A stretch of DNA of 64,000 nt from an uncultured Aliarcobacter sp. (GCA_963664305.2 CAXXLV010000001.1:928001-992000), one strand, 5' to 3'; shown: positions 21,436 to 32,316, counted from the first letter of the stretch. Notes: generated by a model from the sequence alone, not told the origin. Program-made: numbers and translations.

Positions 21436-22037
21436 TGAATATACTTCCATTTGAAATACCTTGTGTAATTTTAAGTGGAGGTAAAAGCTCGCGAATGGGA
21501 GAAGATAAATCTCTTCTTCCTTTTCTCAATAATGATTCAATAATAAAATATCAATACCAAAGATTAAAACCCTATTTTAGAGATATTTATATCTCTTCTA
21601 AAACAAATAAATTTGATTTTATAGATGAAAAAAGTCTTATTTTAGATGAAAATAAAGATATCTATTCTCCAATACTAGCATTAGATACAATTTTAAGAAA
21701 ATTGAAAAAACAAAAAGTTTTTATAATAACAGTTGATACTCCATTTGTAACAATTGAATCAATAAAAAAACTTATTGATGAAGCAACAGATGTTGATATA
21801 TGTATTGCTCAAACTGAAAAAATACATAATCTATGTGGAGTGTTTTCGTCAAATATAAGTTTAACTATTAAAAAAATGATAGAAAATGATATACACAAAA
21901 TTTTTTATTTGATAAAAAATAATAAACATAAAATAATAAACTTTTCAAATGATGATGAATTTATGAATATTAATAATAAAAATGAATATGACAAAGCAAT
22001 AGAATATATAAGTAATAATTATAATCCATATAAATGA
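21435..22037 (+). CDS. mobA: Molybdenum cofactor guanylyltransferase
   Basis: ILSGGKSSRMGEDK, VDTP, FMNIN. Confidence 0.88.
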   Translation: MNILPFEIPCVILSGGKSSRMGEDKSLLPFLNNDSIIKYQYQRLKPYFRDIYISSKTNKFDFIDEKSLILDENKDIYSPILALDTILRKLKKQKVFIITVDTPFVTIESIKKLIDEATDVDICIAQTEKIHNLCGVFSSNISLTIKKMIENDIHKIFYLIKNNKHKIINFSNDDEFMNINNKNEYDKAIEYISNNYNPYK

Positions 22038-22118
22038 AAAAAGTGAATTTATAAGTATATTATTATATCTTTTTAGTTATCCTAGTACTATATTTTTTTA
22101 TACAAGAAGGAAACTAAA

Positions 22119-23585
22119 ATGGCTAAAAATGAACTTGAAGAAGCGTTAGAACTTGTTGATTCAGAGATAAAAAAAGCTGGAATATCAAGAAGAGAGGCTT
22201 TTAAGTTAGCAGGATTAGGTAGTGCTGCATATTTAATGGGGACAAACACTGCAGAAGCTAATACTGAAGCAAAAGCTAGTGAAGCTACAGGGAAAATTGT
22301 TATAGTTGGAGGAGGATTAGCTGGTATTTCAACTGCAGCAAGATTAGTAAATACTTTATCAAATCCTGATATAACTATTATTGAGCCAAATCCAAAATCT
22401 GTAACTTATCAACCTGGAACTACATTAGTTGCATCTGGTCTTTATAAAAAAGAAGATGTAGATTATGATACAAAAGATTTTTTACCAAAAGGTGTAACTC
22501 TTTTAAAAGATAAAGCAGTGGATTTCAATCCTGAGTCAAATTCAATAGCTTTAGAATCTGGTGATACAATAACTTATGATTTTTTAGTTGTTGCAGCTGG
22601 TATTACATTAGACTATGGAGCAATTAAAGGATTTGAAGAAATCGGTGATGCATATACAGCTGGAGATGCTTCAAAAATATTAAAAGTATTTGGAGATTCA
22701 GGAATTACATCAGTTTACAATGTTGATTCTGCTGTTGCTATGTGGGAACAAATGCAAAAATTTATACAAAAAGCTAAAGATGGACAAAAAGTAAAAGGTA
22801 TATTTACAGACCCAAATACTGCAATAAAATGCGGTGGAGCACCTAAAAAAGTTATGTATTTAACAAATGCTAGATTAAATGAAGTAAAAGCTAGAGCAAA
22901 TGCTGAATTAACTTTTTATGCAGATAGTGGAAAATTATTTGGTGTAAAAGAGTATGCTGATGCAATTGAAAAACAATTTATTGCAAGAGATATGAAATGG
23001 AATTTTAACCACAATTTGGTTGGTGTAGATATTTCTAAAAAAATTGCTATATTTGACAAACACTGGCAAGAAAAAGGTGCATATGATAAAGATTTAGAAG
23101 AGTATGAAATGGTAACTAAACATCAAAATGTAGAAGTACCATTTGATTTCCTACACGTAACTCCTCCTCAAAAAGCTCCAGATGAAATTGGAAAATCTGC
23201 AATTGGTTCAGCAAAAGGTTGGGTACCAGTTGATAAAGAAACATTACAACACGTAAAATATAAAAATATCTTCTCTTTAGGTGATATTGCAGCTGTTCCT
23301 ATGGGAAAAACTGGTGGAACAGTTAGAAAACAATATAAAGTTTTAGTTGACAATTTAGTTTCTGTTATGGAAGGTAAAGAACCAACTGCAAAATTCGGTG
23401 GATACACAGTTTGTCCATTAATTACAGATATTGGAAAAGTTATGCTTGCAGAATTTGATTGGACAGCAAAACCAACTCCATCTTTTCCTCTTGATCCTAC
23501 ACAAGAAAGATATATTTGGTGGTTATTAAAAGTTTATTTATTAAAACCAATGACACAATATGGTATGTTAAGCGGTAAAGCATAG
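22119..23585 (+). CDS. Tat-exported FAD-dependent sulfide:quinone oxidoreductase-like protein
   Basis: SRREAFK twin-arginine motif, VGGGLAG, YQPG.TLV, KCGGAPKK, LGD, YTVCPLIT, LAEF. Confidence 0.8.
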   Translation: MAKNELEEALELVDSEIKKAGISRREAFKLAGLGSAAYLMGTNTAEANTEAKASEATGKIVIVGGGLAGISTAARLVNTLSNPDITIIEPNPKSVTYQPGTTLVASGLYKKEDVDYDTKDFLPKGVTLLKDKAVDFNPESNSIALESGDTITYDFLVVAAGITLDYGAIKGFEEIGDAYTAGDASKILKVFGDSGITSVYNVDSAVAMWEQMQKFIQKAKDGQKVKGIFTDPNTAIKCGGAPKKVMYLTNARLNEVKARANAELTFYADSGKLFGVKEYADAIEKQFIARDMKWNFNHNLVGVDISKKIAIFDKHWQEKGAYDKDLEEYEMVTKHQNVEVPFDFLHVTPPQKAPDEIGKSAIGSAKGWVPVDKETLQHVKYKNIFSLGDIAAVPMGKTGGTVRKQYKVLVDNLVSVMEGKEPTAKFGGYTVCPLITDIGKVMLAEFDWTAKPTPSFPLDPTQERYIWWLLKVYLLKPMTQYGMLSGKA

Positions 23586-23593
23586 GCTTAATT

Positions 23594-23836
23594 TTGAAAA
23601 AAGAATTAACAATTTTTGTAAGCATTCTTATAGTTTTAACTGTAGGAATGCATTACAAAGAGTTTTTAAATCATCCTCTAGAGCAAATAATGAATTTAGA
23701 AAATTCTGGGGCTTATGGTTTAGGATTATTTCACCCTTTAGTATTTACATTTATTATTTATATTATAATTTTATTGCCGAGATTAGTTTTCAAATTATTT
23801 AAAAGGAAGTCTAATGAAAAGAGTTTTAAAAAATAG
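23594..23836 (+). CDS. Small two-TM membrane protein
   Basis: TTG start, two hydrophobic segments, in operon between the SQR-like gene and the rhodanese. Confidence 0.7.
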   Translation: MKKELTIFVSILIVLTVGMHYKEFLNHPLEQIMNLENSGAYGLGLFHPLVFTFIIYIIILLPRLVFKLFKRKSNEKSFKK

Positions 23837-25004
23837 TGTTTTGATTTCATTTCTATTATTTAATGGATTTGCTTATTCACAAGAAGCAGAAATATTAAAT
23901 AAACCAACAGAAGCAGTTTATGAATTAATCAAAAAAAGTAACTTAGAACAAGTTGATTTTGATTATGTAAAAAAAGCAATAGGTAATGGAAATAGAAATT
24001 CTGCAACATCAATATTAATTGATGCACGACCTGAACAGAAATATCAAAGAGGAACAATTCCTTCAAGTTTAAATATCCCAGATACAAATTTTGATGACTA
24101 TTATAAAGTTTTAAAAGAGATCCCAAAAGATAAAGAGATTATTGTATTTTGTGGAGGTTATAATTGTGTAAAAAGTCCAATTGTTGCCCAAAAATTAAAA
24201 GAAAAAGGTCATAAAAATGTAAAAGTTTATTCTGCAGGTGAACCAGAATGGGCTAAAAAAAGTTATTTAGAAATTGATACATCGGTTATTAAAGTATATC
24301 AAGAAAATAACTCAGCATTTATTGTTGATGCAAGACCTTATGTAAAATATCTGCAAGAAACGATTCCTGGAGCTATTTCAATTCCTGACACAGATTTAGA
24401 TAAATTAATAGGTAGATTTCCAATTAATAAAAATGAAAAGATAGTGATTTTCTGTGGTGGATTTAATTGTGAGAAATCACATATTGTTGCAAATAGATTA
24501 ATTTCTTTAGATTATAAAGATGTAACTGTTTATGCAGGAGGTCTTCCTCAATGGAAAGAATTAGGTCTTTCTACAACTACAGCTCCTAAAGTAAAAAAAG
24601 AAGAAAAAGCTGAGAAAAAAGACCAATTTAGTAAAAATGGACTAAAACTTGGTGTTGATGAGGGAAGTGTTGACGGAGAATGGTTAAAAAAATTTATTCT
24701 TGAAGACAAAGTACCAGAGTTTATCCAAATTGTTGATGTAACTGCTCCTAATGAGTTCAAAAATGGACATATTAAAGGTGCAATAAACATAGAAGCAAGT
24801 AAATTAACAGCTGATGAATTATTTAGTAAATTACCAAAAGGGAAAACTATCGTATTTAATTGTACAGCAGGTGGTAGATCTATTGAAGCATGGGCAAAAC
24901 TAAAAGCAAATAAATTTGATATTTCTGAAGTTTATTATCTTGATGCAAATATATCTTGTAAAGGTAATGATTGTAAAATTGAAGTAAATGAACCTTTAGA
25001 ATAA
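23814..25004 (+). CDS. Secreted triple-domain rhodanese (sulfurtransferase)
   Basis: Signal peptide; three DAR/DV domains with active-loop Cys FCGGYNC, FCGGFNC, NCTAGGRS. Confidence 0.88.
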   Translation: MKRVLKNSVLISFLLFNGFAYSQEAEILNKPTEAVYELIKKSNLEQVDFDYVKKAIGNGNRNSATSILIDARPEQKYQRGTIPSSLNIPDTNFDDYYKVLKEIPKDKEIIVFCGGYNCVKSPIVAQKLKEKGHKNVKVYSAGEPEWAKKSYLEIDTSVIKVYQENNSAFIVDARPYVKYLQETIPGAISIPDTDLDKLIGRFPINKNEKIVIFCGGFNCEKSHIVANRLISLDYKDVTVYAGGLPQWKELGLSTTTAPKVKKEEKAEKKDQFSKNGLKLGVDEGSVDGEWLKKFILEDKVPEFIQIVDVTAPNEFKNGHIKGAINIEASKLTADELFSKLPKGKTIVFNCTAGGRSIEAWAKLKANKFDISEVYYLDANISCKGNDCKIEVNEPLE

Positions 25005-25027
25005 TAAAGTTTCAGTTTTTTATATAT

Positions 25028-25063
25028 AAAAAAAGGGATAGAAGATTTCTTCTATCCCTTTTT
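25028..25063. terminator. Bidirectional terminator (rhodanese / rplT)
   Basis: aaaaagggatagaag-attt-cttctatcccttttt between convergent genes. Confidence 0.9.
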
Positions 25064-25081
25064 ATTTGTTTTGTTGCAAAT

Positions 25082-25438
25082 TTATTTTAGTGCAGCTTTA
25101 GCAGTAACTACTAATGATGCAAATGCAGCAGAATCATTCATAGCCATATCAGCTAAGATTTTTCTATCTAATTCTAAACCAGATAATTTTAATCCGTTCA
25201 TGAATCTTGAGTAGTTAATATCATTTAATCTACAAGCTGCATTGATTCTTATAATCCATAATTTTCTAATGTCTCTTTTTTTCTGTCTTCTATCTCTAAA
25301 AGCATAAACTAAAGATCTTTCTAATTGTTCCTTAGCTTTTCTAAAGTGTTTTCTTCTACCACTGAAGAATCCTCTAGCAGCTTTTAATACTTTTTTATGT
25401 CTTCTTCTTCTTACAACACCAGTTTTAACTCTAGGCAT
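25082..25438 (-). CDS. rplT: 50S ribosomal protein L20
   Basis: [35 protein letters not shown]. Confidence 0.98.
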   Translation of the reverse strand: MPRVKTGVVRRRRHKKVLKAARGFFSGRRKHFRKAKEQLERSLVYAFRDRRQKKRDIRKLWIIRINAACRLNDINYSRFMNGLKLSGLELDRKILADMAMNDSAAFASLVVTAKAALK

Positions 25439-25443
25439 ATATA

Positions 25444-25543
25444 TTTCCTTTCTTTACCATTATTTTTAATAAGGTGTCAGCATATGCTGAACTTATCCAT
25501 CATCGATGGAGGGACAAAAAATTACTTAATATTTTAAGTAATT
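25444..25543 (-). ncRNA. Candidate structured RNA leader between rpmI and rplT
   Basis: Four consecutive hairpins in a 103-nt spacer ending at the rplT SD. Confidence 0.45.
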
Positions 25544-25739
25544 ACGCTTTACATAATGCTACAAGTATTCTTCCAGCATCTGTACTATGTACAGTTTTTG
25601 GTCCTCGTAGATTTCTTTTTCTTTTTTGAGTCATTTTAGTTAAGATATGGCTTCTGAAAGCAGAACCTCTTTTGATTGACCCGTTTTTCTTCACTTTAAA
25701 TCTTTTTAAAGCGCCACTAACACTTTTCATTTTTGGCAT
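25542..25739 (-). CDS. rpmI: 50S ribosomal protein L35
   Basis: MPKMKS, KRFKV, SHILTK, RKRNLR. Confidence 0.98.
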   Translation of the reverse strand: MPKMKSVSGALKRFKVKKNGSIKRGSAFRSHILTKMTQKRKRNLRGPKTVHSTDAGRILVALCKA

Positions 25740-25883
25740 TTGAAGAATCCTCCTTATAAATTTGCATTTTCATTAAATTATGAAAAAGTTTTGGATTATA
25801 CTTAAAAATAGTTTAGTTTAAGTTTAAATAAATAAAAGTTTTAGGGAGAAGAAGAGAAAAAATCTCTTCTTTAAATTTGAGTG

Positions 25884-26411
25884 TTAGTCTTTTTTAGGAA
25901 GAACTAATAAGTTTACGTATCTTCCTTCTAGTTTTGGTTCTTTATCCATTACAGCAACATCTTCTAGCATAGGCCAAATTTTGTTTAAAACTTCAATACC
26001 AGATTGTGGGTTAGCCATTTCTCTACCTTTTAGAAAAACTCTAAATTTTACATGGTTCCCTTCATCTAAAAATTCTCTTGCATGTTTTACTTTGTAATTA
26101 ATATCATTTTCTGCAATTTTAACAGAAAGTTTGATCTCTTTAATTACAATAACTTTTTGATTCTTTTTTGCTTCTTTTTTCTTTTTTTCTTGTTGGTATC
26201 TGAATTTACCATAATCCATGATTTTAGCAACTGGTGGTTTAGCATCTGGTGCTATTAATACTAAATCTAAACCCATTTCATCTGCAAGGCTTAATGCATC
26301 AGCAGTGCTTATAATTCCATGATTAGTTCCATCATCACTAGTACATCTAACTTCTTTAGCTGTAATCATTTCATTCATGATTACATCATCTTTTCTTTTG
26401 TCTTTACTCAA
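25884..26411 (-). CDS. infC: Translation initiation factor IF-3
   Basis: [25 protein letters not shown] start overlapping the thrS stop. Confidence 0.96.
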   Translation of the reverse strand: MSKDKRKDDVIMNEMITAKEVRCTSDDGTNHGIISTADALSLADEMGLDLVLIAPDAKPPVAKIMDYGKFRYQQEKKKKEAKKNQKVIVIKEIKLSVKIAENDINYKVKHAREFLDEGNHVKFRVFLKGREMANPQSGIEVLNKIWPMLEDVAVMDKEPKLEGRYVNLLVLPKKD

Positions 26412-28216
26412 ATTTTGCTCCCGTTTTTGATTTCATTTAGCATAGTGATGAATTCATCTTTGCTCATGTTTGATTGTTCTCTAGTTCTTCTATTTCTTAA
26501 TGCTACAGATTTATTAGCTACTTCTTCATCTCCAATAACAACTATCATCGGAACTCTTTGTTTTTCAGCCATTCTGATTCTTTTGTTTAAACTTTCGTTC
26601 ATATTGTAAATTTCAGAATCCATATCATTTTCTAATAAACATTTTTGTAATTCTTTAGCATATTCTACATGAGTATCTGCAATTGGTACAAAAATTACTT
26701 GAGTTGGAGCAATTATAAATGGGAATTCTCCAGCACAATGTTCAGTTAAAATTCCAATAAATCTTTCAAATGAACCTAAAATTGCTCTATGAATCATAAC
26801 AGGTTGTTCTTTTTCACCTTTTTCATTTATGTATTCAACTTCAAATCTTGAAGGTAAGTTCATATCAACTTGAACTGTTCCACATTGCCATTTTCTTCCA
26901 ATAGCATCAAGAATTTTAATATCAATTTTTGGTCCATAGAAAGCTCCACCACCTTCATCAATTCCATATGATATATTGTTTTCATCTAAGGCATCCATAA
27001 TACCTTTTGTTGTTTTTTCCCAGAAAATATCATCACCAATAGCTTTTTCAGGTTTTGTAGAAACTTCAATTTCATATTTAAAATCAAAAACTTTTAATAA
27101 AGTATCAACAAATTCTAATACTTCAAAAATTACTTGTTTTATTTGGTCTTGTGTACAAAAAATATGTGAATCATCTTGAGTAAATTCTCTTACTCTAAAT
27201 AATCCATGCATTGCACCACTCATTTCATGTCTATGAACAACACCATATTCAAAAAGTTTTTTTGGTAGTTCTTTATATGAAACTAGATTGTTTTTAAATA
27301 TTTGAATGTGTCCAACACAGTTCATTGGTTTAATACCATACTCTTGGTCATCAATAGTAGTAAAATACATATTTTCTTTATAGTTTGCATAGTGACCAGA
27401 TATTTTCCACATTTCAGCTTTTAAAATTTCTGGACCTCTAACAGGTTCATAACCTCTTATTCTATGAGCTTTATATAAAAGATGTTCTAATTTACTTCTT
27501 AATCTTGCACCTTTTGGTAACCACATAGGAAGACCAGCACCTACATCATCGTTAAATGTAAATAGTTCTAATTCTGTTCCTAATTTTCTATGGTCTCTTT
27601 TTTTAGCTTCTTCAAGCATTTTTGTATAATCAAAAAGTGCTTGTTTATCAAAGAATGCAATTCCATAGATTCTTGTAATCATTTCATTCTTTTCATCACC
27701 ACCAAGATAAGCTCCAGCTACTCTTGTTAATTTGAAACTTCTAATCATTCTTGTATTTGGTAAGTGAGGACCTCTACATAAATCTTCAAAATCACCTTGT
27801 TTATAAATTGTTAGAGTTTTATCTTTGATATTTTTAAGAACAGCTTGTTTTAATTCATCATTTTTGAACTTTTCGAAGAATTCTTCTTTTGAGGTTTCAT
27901 GTCTTGTGATAGGAAGTTTTCTATCAGCGATTTCTTTCATTTTCTTTTCAATAGTAGATAAATCGTCATCTGAAATTTTACTCTCTACTTTGAAGTCATA
28001 GTAAAAGCCTTCTTTTACAACAGGTCCAACGAAGAATTTTGCTTCAGGATAAAGTTCTTTGATAGCTTGAGCCATTAAGTGAGCACATGAGTGTCTTAAA
28101 ATATCTAAAGATTCTTTTGAATCATCAGCTTTAATCTCTTCTCCTTGGATATTTAACGCTTCTGCAGTTTGAAGGTCATAAATTTGACCATCTTTTAATA
28201 TACCAATAGGTTCCAA
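26408..28216 (-). CDS. thrS: Threonine--tRNA ligase
   Basis: [42 protein letters not shown]. Confidence 0.98.
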   Translation of the reverse strand: MEPIGILKDGQIYDLQTAEALNIQGEEIKADDSKESLDILRHSCAHLMAQAIKELYPEAKFFVGPVVKEGFYYDFKVESKISDDDLSTIEKKMKEIADRKLPITRHETSKEEFFEKFKNDELKQAVLKNIKDKTLTIYKQGDFEDLCRGPHLPNTRMIRSFKLTRVAGAYLGGDEKNEMITRIYGIAFFDKQALFDYTKMLEEAKKRDHRKLGTELELFTFNDDVGAGLPMWLPKGARLRSKLEHLLYKAHRIRGYEPVRGPEILKAEMWKISGHYANYKENMYFTTIDDQEYGIKPMNCVGHIQIFKNNLVSYKELPKKLFEYGVVHRHEMSGAMHGLFRVREFTQDDSHIFCTQDQIKQVIFEVLEFVDTLLKVFDFKYEIEVSTKPEKAIGDDIFWEKTTKGIMDALDENNISYGIDEGGGAFYGPKIDIKILDAIGRKWQCGTVQVDMNLPSRFEVEYINEKGEKEQPVMIHRAILGSFERFIGILTEHCAGEFPFIIAPTQVIFVPIADTHVEYAKELQKCLLENDMDSEIYNMNESLNKRIRMAEKQRVPMIVVIGDEEVANKSVALRNRRTREQSNMSKDEFITMLNEIKNGSKI

Positions 28217-28326
28217 TAATTTCCTTTTTTTCTTAATTATTTATTAAATTATGCCTATTTTACCTCAAACTGACTTAAAGTTATTAAGATATGACTTAAT
28301 TTAGTGAAATTTCGTTACAATTAGAC

Positions 28327-28845
28327 ATGATTTTAAACGTATCTAAAATAAAAACAGAAAGCTTATTGTTATTTTGCAAAGATTTGATTTTATCGTATAA
28401 AGATAAGGTTGATGTAAATGATTATGGTATGGATAAAGAGGTAATTGAGAAATTTAATAATATTGGAAATGATATGTTAAAACAAATTTTAAATGTTACT
28501 TTTCCAGAAAAATATTATTTACAAAATAGAAAGCATTACAGAATTAAAGCAGTTTTAGATGGATATAATTTTATAAATAATGAGATATCTAAAAGTTTAA
28601 AAGAGAATGAAGCCTTTAATCCTTCTATGTTGTATTTTTCACTACTTGCAGTGTGGTTTAAAGAATTAAATAAAGAATCACGTTCAAAAGAGTATATCTT
28701 TTTTCTTTTGTATCCTTATTCACAAGTTTATGATAAATTGCTTGTTGAAATTAAAAATAAAGAATTTAGGACTTTAAATATTAAAATGATTGAGCTTGCA
28801 GAAAATGTAATTTACAAGCTTGACAAATATAATTTTGGAAAATAA
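28327..28845 (+). CDS. Hypothetical protein
   Basis: 172-aa ORF filling the gap, with TACAAT just upstream and a terminator downstream. Confidence 0.7.
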   Translation: MILNVSKIKTESLLLFCKDLILSYKDKVDVNDYGMDKEVIEKFNNIGNDMLKQILNVTFPEKYYLQNRKHYRIKAVLDGYNFINNEISKSLKENEAFNPSMLYFSLLAVWFKELNKESRSKEYIFFLLYPYSQVYDKLLVEIKNKEFRTLNIKMIELAENVIYKLDKYNFGK

Positions 28846-28868
28846 AAGAGGCTAGCCTCTTTTATTTT
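28839..28868. terminator. Bidirectional terminator
   Basis: Perfect palindrome aaaataaaagaggctagcctcttttatttt between convergent stops. Confidence 0.85.
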
Positions 28869-30442
28869 TAGAATTTATATCTCATATATGCTCTAACGTC
28901 TTGAGCTTCTTCTACTGGATTTTGTCCTGCATTTTGTGCTTCTGACATTGTCATAGGTGTTCCATCTGCTCCAAAGAATGAATTTGAACCAGTATAATCG
29001 TATTTCATTAATACATAACTAACTCCAAAACTTAATGCATCAGTTAGTTTTTGAGTTCTATAAACTTCCCAAGCTTGACCACGAGTTGCTATTTTACTTC
29101 CAGCATATGTATCTTCGCCATATGTCATAGAACGCCAGTATTTACTTCCTTTATTCCATTCAAATCCAATTTTTGCAACATCAGGAGTTATAGGACAAGG
29201 TGCATTTATTCCTAACCAAACAGAAGTTCCTGTTTCAGAATCAGTTGAACCTAACATTCCTAAAGAATTAGGATTTGTTTTACTCATAGCAAATGAAGCA
29301 AATGCTGTAGTATTATCTAAATAATCAGATATACCATCACCAATTCCTTCTGTTTTAAATAATATTGTTGCAAAATCAATATCTCCAACATCTTTAAATG
29401 ATAAATTCCCATATGCATCCATAATTTGAGAAGGAGTAGTTGCCGATTGCATTGCTGTTTGATACGCACCTAATTGAGTATTTGTAAAACCAATTAAGTT
29501 CCATGCCCTTGCATAATTCATATGAACAGAATATTGTCCATCATCATAAGGTGCTGCAATAAATCCTAACATGTCAACATCTACATTTTTATCATCATCT
29601 GATGCATAAGATGTCCCTGCAAAGTCAAATCTTGGTTTTGCATTTGTTAAACCTCTTCCTCCACAGATTTTAAACCAAGAACCCGTAAGTCCTGTTAAAC
29701 TTTGAGTATCAAATTTGATTGAGAAACCGTCAAATTCAACATCAACAACATGAGACAATGGAGAGTTTGGTTGTTGGTCATTTCTAATATTAATAGGTAA
29801 TCCATCAGTTGAAGGACGTCTTCCTACAGATACAGCCCATGGAACATCAGACCCAAAAAGTTTTTCTTGTGTATATAACCAATAAGCTTCTTTTAGTTTT
29901 ATAGTATTATCTGTAGCATTTTCATTTGTAACCCAATCAAAATCAGCATAACCTGGATTTGTATTTGATTGAGAGTGATTTGCTGTATCTCCAAATGCTT
30001 TATTATAAGATAATTTCCCATGGAAAGAAGAGTTATCATCAGCTTTATATTTTGCACCAAGCCATAATCTGTTTGTTAAAAGTGCATTGTTTTCAGATTT
30101 TGAACCATCTGCATGTTTATATTGAATATTATCAACTTGTGTTCTAAAATCAACGTCCCATTTTAAGTTATCTTGTGCACTTTGAATTTTTGCAGTTGTT
30201 GCAGTTTTAGATACTGAGTCTAGTTTTTTCTCAATTTTTTCAATTCTTTTTTCATCAACTGTTGTTACAGCTGGTGTTTGTGTTTGTTGTTTTGCTTCTT
30301 GTTCAGCAACTTTTTTTTCTAAAGCTTCAATTTGTGCTTTTAAGGCTTGAATTTGGTTAAGCATTTCTTTGTTCATATCACTAGCAAAAGATGTAGTTGT
30401 TAACGCAGCAACTACAGATAATGCAATTAAATTTCTTTTCAT
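28868..30442 (-). CDS. DUF3373-type outer-membrane beta-barrel protein
   Basis: Signal peptide, N-terminal coiled coil, DFRT, GRRPSTDG, C-terminal beta-signal YMRYKF. Confidence 0.8.
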   Translation of the reverse strand: MKRNLIALSVVAALTTTSFASDMNKEMLNQIQALKAQIEALEKKVAEQEAKQQTQTPAVTTVDEKRIEKIEKKLDSVSKTATTAKIQSAQDNLKWDVDFRTQVDNIQYKHADGSKSENNALLTNRLWLGAKYKADDNSSFHGKLSYNKAFGDTANHSQSNTNPGYADFDWVTNENATDNTIKLKEAYWLYTQEKLFGSDVPWAVSVGRRPSTDGLPINIRNDQQPNSPLSHVVDVEFDGFSIKFDTQSLTGLTGSWFKICGGRGLTNAKPRFDFAGTSYASDDDKNVDVDMLGFIAAPYDDGQYSVHMNYARAWNLIGFTNTQLGAYQTAMQSATTPSQIMDAYGNLSFKDVGDIDFATILFKTEGIGDGISDYLDNTTAFASFAMSKTNPNSLGMLGSTDSETGTSVWLGINAPCPITPDVAKIGFEWNKGSKYWRSMTYGEDTYAGSKIATRGQAWEVYRTQKLTDALSFGVSYVLMKYDYTGSNSFFGADGTPMTMSEAQNAGQNPVEEAQDVRAYMRYKF

Positions 30443-30492
30443 GTTAATCCTTTTTATTAACTTTATTAAAGTATAACTTTTTATAAAGCATT

Positions 30493-30521
30493 AAAAAAGG
30501 GTGAATTAATTCCACCCTTTA
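30493..30521 (-). terminator. Terminator after the cytochrome c-like gene
   Basis: Minus strand aaagggtg-gaattaatt-cacccttttttt. Confidence 0.7.
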
Positions 30522-30548
30522 AAACAAATAAATTCTAAATCATCGCTT

Positions 30549-30869
30549 TTAGCAAGATGGAACATTTCCAGAATCACTTGCAAATTCAACTGAAAAATCA
30601 AATATATGTTCAATTGCAGATTCTTTAACATCACCAGCTTTTACATTTGGACAAATTTTAATAATTTCATCTTCAAATTTTCCAGACTCTTTTATTTGTT
30701 TCCATTCTTCTTGAGTATGTTTTGCAGCAAATTTTGCTCCTGTCATACCACAAGGTTCTTTTAGTAATTTACTAAAATACTTTTGTCCTTTTACTGCATC
30801 AGCAGATAAAGATGTAGATGCTACACTTAGAGCTAATGTGCTTGCAATAACTAGTTTTAATAATTTCAT
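30549..30869 (-). CDS. Periplasmic cytochrome c-like protein lacking CXXCH
   Basis: Signal peptide, ADAVKGQKYF class-I-like N-helix, Cys40/Cys73/Cys106, C-terminal SDSGNVPSC. Confidence 0.65.
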   Translation of the reverse strand: MKLLKLVIASTLALSVASTSLSADAVKGQKYFSKLLKEPCGMTGAKFAAKHTQEEWKQIKESGKFEDEIIKICPNVKAGDVKESAIEHIFDFSVEFASDSGNVPSC

Positions 30870-30956
30870 ATTATACTCCCTAATGAAAAATTAGATACAA
30901 TTATATCTAATGTATATAAAAGAATTCTTAGAAAATTATAAAAAAAGTGAATTAAA

Positions 30957-32285
30957 ATGAAATATTTTTTACTAAAAGAAATAGTTAGTTATTTAAAAGA
31001 AAATGCCCAAATAATCAAGTCTATAAGGAGAATAGATAACAATTTAATTATAACAGAATTTAATAATAAAAATATTTTGTATTTTGATGTTTCTAAAGGA
31101 AATGCAACAATTTTTAAACATAAAAAAATTTTATCATCAAAAAAAGATTTTAATGCACCTTTTGATGTTACTCTACAAAAAAGGTTTTCTAATTCTAAAA
31201 TAGAAAATATTGAACTATATAATGATGATAAAATTTTAAATATAAAAGTTAATTCTTCATCTTCTTATAAAAAGTTGACAACAATTTTACAATTAGAATT
31301 TACTGGAAAACACACAAATATTATTATTTTAGATGAAAATAGAATAGTTATAGAAGCATTAAGGCATGTTGATGAATATTCATCAAGTAGAGTTGTAAAA
31401 GTAGGACATAAATTAGAAGAAATACCTAAACAAAATTTTGTACCAAAAATGGAAGTTATACCAAATATTGAAGAGTATTTGTATGAAATTTATGAAAAAA
31501 GAGAATTAGAAAATCTTGAAAATCTGAAAAAACAAAAAATTTCATTGATAGAAAAAAAGGCAAAAAAACTAAAATCTACAATAGATGCATTACCTAAAAA
31601 AGAAGAATTAGAACTTGAATCAAATAGTTTATATGAAAAAGCAAATTTGATTTTATCAAATTTACATAATCTAAAAGCATATCAAAAAAGTTTTAAAGTT
31701 TATAATTATGAAGGTGTTGAAGTTGAAATCGATTTAGAAGGAAAAGCAAGTGCTTCAAAATATTCAAATGATTTATTTAAAAAAGCAAAAAGAGCAAAAC
31801 AAAAAGCCTTGAATATTTCTTTAGAAAAAGATAATTTAAGTGAAAAACTAGAGTTTTTACTTAGATTAATACAAAATATCAAAAATGTTAATTCTTTAGA
31901 AGAGTGTGAATTTTTATATCCTAAAAAAGAAAAAAATCAAACAAAAACAAAAAAATCTCAGCAGTGTGAGAGTTTCTTTTTTGAAGGTTATAAAATAATG
32001 TTGGGTACAAGTGAAAGAGAAAATATATATCTTTTAGAAAATTCAAAAGCTAGTGATTTTTGGTTTCATTTAAAGGATAGACCTTCTTGTCATGTAATTG
32101 TTCAAAATACGAAAAAAGAGTTGTCTGAATCAGTTATAAATCAAGCTGCAAGTTTATGTGCAAAATTCTCAGTTGATTATCCAGGCGTTTATGAAGTTGA
32201 TTTTACACAAAGAAGAAATGTGAAAATTCAATCAGGAGCAAATGTTTTATATAATCCTTATACAACTACGGTTGTTAAAGTGTAA
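30957..32285 (+). CDS. rqcH: NFACT/RqcH (FbpA-like) ribosome quality-control protein
   Basis: LEFTGKHTNIII, coiled coil, WFHLKDRPSCHVIV, VDFTQRRNVK. Confidence 0.85.
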   Translation: MKYFLLKEIVSYLKENAQIIKSIRRIDNNLIITEFNNKNILYFDVSKGNATIFKHKKILSSKKDFNAPFDVTLQKRFSNSKIENIELYNDDKILNIKVNSSSSYKKLTTILQLEFTGKHTNIIILDENRIVIEALRHVDEYSSSRVVKVGHKLEEIPKQNFVPKMEVIPNIEEYLYEIYEKRELENLENLKKQKISLIEKKAKKLKSTIDALPKKEELELESNSLYEKANLILSNLHNLKAYQKSFKVYNYEGVEVEIDLEGKASASKYSNDLFKKAKRAKQKALNISLEKDNLSEKLEFLLRLIQNIKNVNSLEECEFLYPKKEKNQTKTKKSQQCESFFFEGYKIMLGTSERENIYLLENSKASDFWFHLKDRPSCHVIVQNTKKELSESVINQAASLCAKFSVDYPGVYEVDFTQRRNVKIQSGANVLYNPYTTTVVKV

Positions 32286-32316
32286 AAATTTTTAAATTTA
32301 AAGAATTTAATAAAAA

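Noticed and set aside
22007..22067. Two TATAA-N7/8-TTATA palindromes upstream of the SQR-like gene
   Set aside because: Unequal spacers and pure A/T arms in an AT-rich region; cannot be distinguished from chance.
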